A stretch of 64,000 nt of DNA from a virus (lineage: Duplodnaviria; Heunggongvirae; Uroviricota; Caudoviricetes), in IMG/VR virus record IMGVR_UViG_3300006204_000424, positions 22,382 to 86,381 of that record; one strand, 5' to 3'. Within the stretch, counting starts at the first letter, position 1. Every line of letters starts with the position of its first letter. Below are positions 58,701 to 64,000 of the stretch, piece after piece. A program made the translations under genes and the position numbers. Below the pieces are notes generated by a model. That model saw only the letters and a program-made list of their open reading frames with translations. It was not told the DNA's origin and did not search any database.

Positions 58701-59638
58701 TCTAAATCTTTTGTTAATTTGTAATACTCTGCTTTTTCATAGATGAGCATTGTATTATCCAAACCTTTTTGCACCACATCATATCCATAATAGTCATCCA
58801 TATAATCATGAATTTCTTCTTCACTCATTATGTAAGTGGTAGAATAAAAATCATCTACTTCCCTATCACCGTCCTGCGACTCTAAAAAGATTTTGTGAAT
58901 CTCTCGATCCTCTTTTTTTAAATAATGTGCATCGGTGGTAATGATGTATGGTGTACTAGTTTCGGCTGATAACTGTAGCAATTTTTGATTGACATATATT
59001 TGCTCTTGCATATGAGAAGGCTGCAATTCTAAGAAGAAATATCCTTCCCCAAATATTTCATTCATATATGCAATCCAATCTTTACAAGACTGCCAAATTT
59101 CTGCATATTGTTTTGGATTATTTTTTTCTAAATCCTGAAATTGCAATAATCTATGCGGTAATGCTCCTCCAAGGCAAGCACTACTCCCCACAATATCCCC
59201 CTTATAGTTCGCCATCATTTCTTCAAGATCACTATAATAAGTAGGGACTCGCATCATAACATGCATAAATGAATTTACAATCCATGCTTTTGTACTTAAT
59301 TCTCTAATGCCCTTATGACCATTTGCATTTAAAGCCACCAAAATAAAATGTGGATAACGGTTATTAAATTTGTTTTCTGCTGTTACATCTTCAGTACACA
59401 GGTATATCTCATTACCAAGAACAACTTTAAATCCTTCCCATCCCTCTATATTTCTGTGATTATCATAATATTTCAATGCGTCTAAAGAGGAAGTAATTGA
59501 TTCATGTTCTGTAAAACAAATACCAGAATGACCCAATGAGTGAGCATACTCAATCATTTCTGGTATTTTATTTATGGAATCTCGAAGTCTGAGATTACTT
59601 CCCTCATCACTATGATTATGTACTCCAAAAAAACTCAC
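55703..59638 (-). CDS. dnaE: DNA polymerase III alpha subunit (DnaE type, N-terminal PHP domain)
   Basis: 1311 aa. N-terminal PHP motifs FFGVHNHSDEGS and HSGICFTEHE. Confidence 0.8.
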   Translation of the reverse strand: MSFFGVHNHSDEGSNLRLRDSINKIPEMIEYAHSLGHSGICFTEHESITSSLDALKYYDNHRNIEGWEGFKVVLGNEIYLCTEDVTAENKFNNRYPHFILVALNANGHKGIRELSTKAWIVNSFMHVMMRVPTYYSDLEEMMANYKGDIVGSSACLGGALPHRLLQFQDLEKNNPKQYAEIWQSCKDWIAYMNEIFGEGYFFLELQPSHMQEQIYVNQKLLQLSAETSTPYIITTDAHYLKKEDREIHKIFLESQDGDREVDDFYSTTYIMSEEEIHDYMDDYYGYDVVQKGLDNTMLIYEKAEYYKLTKDLDIPYLPLDTSEPNKDLYEKYKSKIALLKDFYESKYDCDRHLVRDIVAYIDTDEYYRTKEAYEKINECLHYIKDSSEKMKVRWSKYLLQIAIDVQIAWEAGTLVGAGRGSGVGFCLLNILGITQINPLREKTKTYPWRFLNPERASVLDIDIDICGSKRETVIQAMKDTYGEDRVSKVMTLSTEKSRSAILTAARGLKIDNDIAQYISSLIVADRGQLRTLSQMYYGDDDNPPVREFVTEMDKYPELWNAAQKIEGLVNGVGSHAGGIILVDKPFTDTTALMKTNSGDIITQFDLHMCEDCSLIKVDLLCIDALDKMQAELDLLLENKLIEWQGSLKATYEKYIGVYTLEREAEDMWKMLWNHKVMSFFQMEKESGVQAVALAKPASVDELATINSVLRLMAQEKGAESPLQKYARFRENIQYWYDEMTEYGLTQEEQDILKDIIGVSFGICEAQEYLVLLTQHPKIGGFSLAWGDRLRKAVAKKKPKEFLQLQDEFFANAKEKNLSKNLTNYVWNVLICTQRGYGFNKSHTLAYSIIGLQELNLCYKYNPIYWQTANLIVDSGAIDENAGDSTNYGKMAIAIASVQKENVKVELPLINSAEFGFKADVENNRIIFGFKGINGIGDDIVQAIIQNKPFNSIEDFATRMLDTKLITNSKMVQLIKAGCFTDLHSQDREKTMDWFLKKYAFIPCEKITMQQFGKLIGLGIIPDNLDLAVRTVNFKKYVLDDENLFEKHIEEGKKIPKRGYHDGYYILDDNSQPFFKEHFTEDSIVKTKGDYYIVSEKLFAKEADQKIQSLKDWFENEDTLKLYNDSVYQTIWRKNADGSLPSWSMQALSFYDGEHELEHMNEELYGVVNFFELPEEPEPYDYYTRYIDGTPRQMPKFKISRIAGTVINADNLHCMVTLLTRHGAVQVKFNKGHYAFYNKQISAKLDPDSDKKTVLEKSWLSRGSKIIVAGIRREDSFRPMIYKDTIYQHTVNRVQEIYEDGTLLLQSERTKV

Positions 59639-59652
59639 TCATGTCCTCCTCT

Positions 59653-60438
59653 TTATAACTGTTTTAATAAACTTCTTACTGGTTCTCTTCCATAATTCTC
59701 TTTTAACCAATCAATATATCCTTTATCTTCTGAAGCTATATCTATCAACTTTCTATCTTTGTACTTACCAAAAGTTAAAACATATGTATTTAATGGTGGC
59801 AATTCAGGTTTCTCCCAATTATCAAATTGAAGTTCTATATCTTTACGAGAAGCCAAATAATCACATTCATGTACAAATTCTTGTGTCAATGTTATTGGCT
59901 TAGATAAAATCACTTCCGACTTTTTACTAACGTTCCATTGTCCCATATGGGTATCAATACAATTAGCAATCATATCTATTTCATCTACTAATCGAGGAAA
60001 TTTTTCTTCCATTTTCTTTACAGCTTCAAACATTAATCTGGGATGTTCATGTACTGTATGCCCACTATCTTCTTCTCCAGATTTTCTTCCGTCATGACAC
60101 AAACAAGCAATCCTTAAACAGTCTCTTTGTCTTGAATCAAATTTGTTTTGATTTTGCTCCAGTTCTAATTTCCAATTACAGAATCTAGCAACCGCAATTT
60201 GGTGTCTCATCAATCCACCCTCTCCCAGATCCGTTGATGGATGATACTTTCCAGAAGAACTTCCTGGAACATGCCAAATATAATCCGGCATATCATCTAA
60301 TATTGCGACACATAATTCTTTCAAATCTTTATTTTCAATGGAATCCACAATTCTTTCAACCAACTTATATCTATCTTCTGTCATCAAAATACCAACTTTC
60401 TTTTCGTTGTAGGGTTCATATTTTCTAATGCGTTCCAC
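59653..60438 (-). CDS. HD-domain phosphohydrolase
   Basis: GKYHPSTD ... CLCHDGRK (H..HD..D pattern). Confidence 0.55.
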   Translation of the reverse strand: MERIRKYEPYNEKKVGILMTEDRYKLVERIVDSIENKDLKELCVAILDDMPDYIWHVPGSSSGKYHPSTDLGEGGLMRHQIAVARFCNWKLELEQNQNKFDSRQRDCLRIACLCHDGRKSGEEDSGHTVHEHPRLMFEAVKKMEEKFPRLVDEIDMIANCIDTHMGQWNVSKKSEVILSKPITLTQEFVHECDYLASRKDIELQFDNWEKPELPPLNTYVLTFGKYKDRKLIDIASEDKGYIDWLKENYGREPVRSLLKQL

Positions 60439-61355
60439 TTTTTATTAACCTCAAATGTTTTCTGTGTTGGAGTCCACTTAGAAAAATATTCACATTCATT
60501 TCTATAAATTGTTGCTTCTGGATTAGTCTGGCAGAAATTACACCAATGACATAAAGGAGATGGTTTTGGTACAAAAACTTTCTTATTTTCGCTTGCTTCT
60601 ATATCACCAAACACTTTATCTAACGCTTTGATTAAACGCTTCTCCCACCCTTTTGTAAGAGCATACTGCTCATCGTCAATAAGAATAAATCTGTATTTTG
60701 ATTCAGCAGGCAATACTCCAAATTCATTCAAAATTGCCAAGGCATAAATTCCAAACTGTAATGAAGTAGCCAATTTGCTTTGTTCATATACTTTTTTGGA
60801 AGTCTTATAATCCACAGTTCTATATTGTCCATCTTTTACATCTATGCGATCTATGAAGCCTTTCAAAATTACTTTGTTATCCCAAACAAACTCAAACGGT
60901 CTTTCAAAATATGTAGATTCCCACTCAGTATCTTCCATTTCTTTATGTAATACTTGATCAAACAATTTGATTTTTTCATCATATGAAGCACCACTAGCAT
61001 TGTCTGCCTCGTGCCATACTTCAAAATACTTTCGTTTTAATTGACTTACACCCAACAACTTTTCTTTTGTTTTTTCATCTACTTCCGATACACCGTCTAG
61101 CAAAATATTATTTAGTTTGTCATAATCAACTTTTTGTTTAGCAGCAACCATTCGTCCTTTCTGTTCTAAAACATAGTGACACAAGCTCCCAAGTTCTAAA
61201 GCAATTGAAGTATCCTGAGAATACTTTTTTTCAATATACTTATATCTATATTGCAACGGACAGTTTTTAAAAACTTCCAATTTACTATAAGAAAATACTG
61301 GAAGTTCTTTATCTGTCTCCGTTACAGGTCTAATTCTATTTAGTAATTCTTGCAA
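60384..61355 (-). CDS. PD-(D/E)XK nuclease, Cas4/RecB-like with C-terminal Cys cluster
   Basis: GFIDRIDV ... DYKTSKK nuclease core. CHWCNFC...C cluster. Confidence 0.6.
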   Translation of the reverse strand: MQELLNRIRPVTETDKELPVFSYSKLEVFKNCPLQYRYKYIEKKYSQDTSIALELGSLCHYVLEQKGRMVAAKQKVDYDKLNNILLDGVSEVDEKTKEKLLGVSQLKRKYFEVWHEADNASGASYDEKIKLFDQVLHKEMEDTEWESTYFERPFEFVWDNKVILKGFIDRIDVKDGQYRTVDYKTSKKVYEQSKLATSLQFGIYALAILNEFGVLPAESKYRFILIDDEQYALTKGWEKRLIKALDKVFGDIEASENKKVFVPKPSPLCHWCNFCQTNPEATIYRNECEYFSKWTPTQKTFEVNKKWNALENMNPTTKRKLVF

Positions 61356-62522
61356 TTATTTCTCCTTCTTTGTTTCTTTTAATACTCTATTAACCTCATC
61401 CATAGTAATCACAATTTTCTCGTCAAGCAGTTCCAATAAAACTTCCTTTCCCATATCTGTAGGACTAGCTTTATATGGCAACCTATTTTCGCTATCCAAC
61501 AATAAACACACCTTACAATATGGAACTATATTTGCTACCTTTTTAACCAATTTGTTATAATATATCTCTGCTTCAAACGAATGCGGATCGTCATATTCTC
61601 TATCAAAAGCCAGAATAATCTCTTCACACTTCAAGTAGTAAAGTAATATTTTTTGTTGTGTGAGAGTTATATTGCTTCCACAAGTAGCAACAGCAAAAGA
61701 ATCTTCTCCAAAATAGGAATAATTTTGCATACATCCTTTTTCTGATTCTAATATCATAGCTTTCCTAATGCTTTTGATTTTGTCTTGTGTAACATTGATT
61801 CCATATAAATTTGAACCTAACTGATGACTTAAAAATCTACCGTTTATTTGCAATGGAACATATTTTCCAACTCTTTCTATGTCCTTTTCATCAAGGTATC
61901 TACCCCTTATTCCAATCAAACGTCCCTCTTTATCTCTGTGAGGAATAACAATTTGATTTGTCAATCCATAATATCCTATCTCATATCTGCTAAGTGCTTC
62001 ACGAGAAATATTGTCATTTAACCAATCTTCATGTGGTGCATAGTAAAATGTTTCTAAAACATTTTCATTAACTTTGGACAATGTAGGAATTTCTTTTTTG
62101 TTCTTCTTTACAGATTTTAATCTGTTAATCCATTCAAAATCTGTAATGTGATTCTTTTCTTTTTCTACATCTTCAGCACTTGTTGTTGCCAATTTATTTG
62201 TTAATTGTCCAATATATCTAAGGGCTTTATACCATGTAACAGTTTTTCCTTTCGTTCTATTTGCTCTAATTACTAATTCAACGATGTTAAAACTATCACT
62301 ACATCTGGAATAACAATGAAAAGTTCTGCCCTTATAATCTTTTTCTTCATTTGGTTCGTGATAGTAATATAATTTCCATGAATCCGATCCATGACAGACC
62401 GATTGAAAAATCAAATCACCATTACTATCTGATTTAGGATATGCAGAACCAAGATTCATAACGATTTTGATAATATCTTCTTTAGTAAGTGAGTTGAGAA
62501 TTGCATCTTTATCTAAATACAT
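61356..62522 (-). CDS. DNA primase (CHC2 zinc finger plus TOPRIM, DnaG-like)
   Basis: CHGSDSW...CYSRC zinc motif. TOPRIM-like ILESEKG and AFDRE motifs. Confidence 0.7.
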   Translation of the reverse strand: MYLDKDAILNSLTKEDIIKIVMNLGSAYPKSDSNGDLIFQSVCHGSDSWKLYYYHEPNEEKDYKGRTFHCYSRCSDSFNIVELVIRANRTKGKTVTWYKALRYIGQLTNKLATTSAEDVEKEKNHITDFEWINRLKSVKKNKKEIPTLSKVNENVLETFYYAPHEDWLNDNISREALSRYEIGYYGLTNQIVIPHRDKEGRLIGIRGRYLDEKDIERVGKYVPLQINGRFLSHQLGSNLYGINVTQDKIKSIRKAMILESEKGCMQNYSYFGEDSFAVATCGSNITLTQQKILLYYLKCEEIILAFDREYDDPHSFEAEIYYNKLVKKVANIVPYCKVCLLLDSENRLPYKASPTDMGKEVLLELLDEKIVITMDEVNRVLKETKKEK

Positions 62523-62535
62523 GTCATCACCTCAC

Positions 62536-63996
62536 TTACCAATTTCCCCAACTTTTCTTATCAGTTGGTTCTTCCTCATTTTCTTCTAATGGACTATCAG
62601 GAACTTGTGACAGCAAGACAGAATGTTCTTTTATTTTTTCTTCTACCTGTTCAATCTTTGTAAAATCCATATCAATTAGTTCAAAATCGTAATTGGTAAC
62701 AAATAAACATTGTTCTGTCATGGTACCCAAATCAATTTTTGTCCAAATAATAATTCGTGTTAGTCTGCCTCGCCTTACCTTATATACCCAATGGCACATA
62801 TTGGGTACTGGCATATTGACCATCTTGTGTAAAACTGCTTCAATCTTTTTTCTCTCTGCCTTTGTTGGAGCCATTGAAATAACCCCCATATCTAACTTGT
62901 TTGCCAATGCTTTTGAACCAGCCAACAAATTCTGATCTTTATACAAAGCGTTTTGTGCTTCTCCGTTTAACTGTGAAGCGGTATAAATGAATACATCTAA
63001 TTGCTGTGCTATCGTTTTTAATTCTGTTGCAAATACCAAAAGTAATTGATGTTCTTTTAATCCCATACCAGATTTACTATTAACCTCTGCCATTAGCCGT
63101 AATGAAGTATGGATATAATCAAAGAAAAAATATCGCACAGAAAATTCTCTATTGTATTTTTTAATCTGGTTCTTTATATCTTCAATGGAAAAATCGGGAA
63201 TGTGTACGATATATAGTGGACTGGATTCTATGTAAGAAATTGCTTGTGTTACTCTGTCTAGTTCATCATTTTCATATGTCCCATACAAAATATGCTCTTC
63301 GTTCACCTTGCTAACGGCTGCTATCAAAAGTGTTTGTATCTCATCAACCGGCATTTCTGTTGAAAATATTGTTGTTGGTTCACTGTTTCCCGTAAATACA
63401 TACTGTTTTGTACTCACATCATAGAAATAGGGAACCGCTATTTTACAGGCATCACCTGCCGCCATCCTTGTCTTGCCGCCGCCCTGGGGGCAAGAACGCA
63501 TAAATAAACACCCCAACCTTGCGCCTCTTGATACCGTATTTAAGCCCACATTGTTTAGTGCTAAACCCACATCAGGAACTTCCATTAATTCATTAACAAG
63601 ATCCGTCATACCATCACCAGCTTGAACATCTGTACTGAGTGTATTGGTGCAATACTTCATATTGGGATTGATAACGAATGTTGTTTCAACAATCTCAATA
63701 ATGTCTTGTTCCGTATAATTGTCAAACTTAATCTTTTCTGCTTCTATTTTTGAAGCGTCAGCGATTGTACTGTCATATATAAAGCGTGTGTCTAACCCTT
63801 GTTTTTCATAATATCTTAGTAATGAATATTTCCTCAATCTATGGTAGTGGTAATCATAGTTTTCAAGCGTTGCTATTTCTCTGGCATTAGAAAGATATTC
63901 GATTCCCTGATTCTCTTGAAAAATGGAATATTGTTCTTTATAGTTGCTCAAATACGAATCAATATTGAATTCATCAATTGTGGTACAACCTTGCAT
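62536..63996 (-). CDS. DnaB-like replicative helicase (SF4); N-terminus may extend past the window end
   Basis: Walker A CPQGGGKT. DnaB H4-like SQLNGE. The first visible Met is 4 nt from the window edge. Confidence 0.65.
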   Translation of the reverse strand: MQGCTTIDEFNIDSYLSNYKEQYSIFQENQGIEYLSNAREIATLENYDYHYHRLRKYSLLRYYEKQGLDTRFIYDSTIADASKIEAEKIKFDNYTEQDIIEIVETTFVINPNMKYCTNTLSTDVQAGDGMTDLVNELMEVPDVGLALNNVGLNTVSRGARLGCLFMRSCPQGGGKTRMAAGDACKIAVPYFYDVSTKQYVFTGNSEPTTIFSTEMPVDEIQTLLIAAVSKVNEEHILYGTYENDELDRVTQAISYIESSPLYIVHIPDFSIEDIKNQIKKYNREFSVRYFFFDYIHTSLRLMAEVNSKSGMGLKEHQLLLVFATELKTIAQQLDVFIYTASQLNGEAQNALYKDQNLLAGSKALANKLDMGVISMAPTKAERKKIEAVLHKMVNMPVPNMCHWVYKVRRGRLTRIIIWTKIDLGTMTEQCLFVTNYDFELIDMDFTKIEQVEEKIKEHSVLLSQVPDSPLEENEEEPTDKKSWGNW

Positions 63997-64000
63997 ATGC

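Noticed and set aside
55096-58746. Short plus-strand ORFs inside the RecD-like helicase and DnaE genes
   Set aside because: Embedded antisense ORFs without RBS.
1-64000. CRISPR arrays and rRNA genes
   Set aside because: No regularly spaced direct repeats of 24-40 bp and no rRNA-like conserved segments were seen.

Overview
AT-rich Firmicutes (Clostridia-like) window containing several mobile modules and a three-gene host locus. (1) 1-3800: the 3' end of an XRE-type HTH gene, a two-gene AAA/ABC-ATPase plus partner operon resembling ATPase-effector anti-phage pairs, and a divergent 4xCxxC zinc-ribbon gene. (2) 3894-25743: a siphovirus-type tail and lysis module on the + strand. It has a 1773-aa tape measure, tail/baseplate proteins, fibre-like genes, XkdW/XkdX-like genes, a holin and an NlpC/P60 endolysin, but no head or tail-tube genes upstream. 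It carries a 4.4-kb moron block with a Phd-Doc toxin-antitoxin between the tape measure and the distal tail genes. Three paralogous fibre cassettes are each preceded by a short polyproline leader ORF interrupted by an 11-13 nt poly-C tract; a +/-1 change in tract length would couple each leader translationally to its fibre gene. A MazEF-like toxin-antitoxin follows the endolysin. (3) 27172-30762: host genes for an ornithine-cyclodeaminase-family enzyme and a Na+/solute symporter, with a divergent GntR regulator. (4) 31326-35103: a 3.7-kb mini-island flanked by a 17-bp direct repeat, encoding a TIR-domain protein and a TM protein (Thoeris-like candidate). (5) 35477-64000: a tyrosine integrase and excisionase, then at least 27 kb transcribed entirely on the minus strand. 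This block encodes DnaB-like helicase, primase, Cas4-like nuclease, HD hydrolase, DnaE-type polymerase, RecD-like helicase, two DNA methyltransferases, a DEDDh exonuclease, an ATP-dependent DNA ligase interrupted by a 161-aa mini-intein, nrdD split by a group I intron carrying an HNH endonuclease, nrdG, a guanylate-kinase-like protein, a ThyX-like protein, FolD, dUTPase and an SPFH protein. No rRNA, tRNA or CRISPR array was seen.
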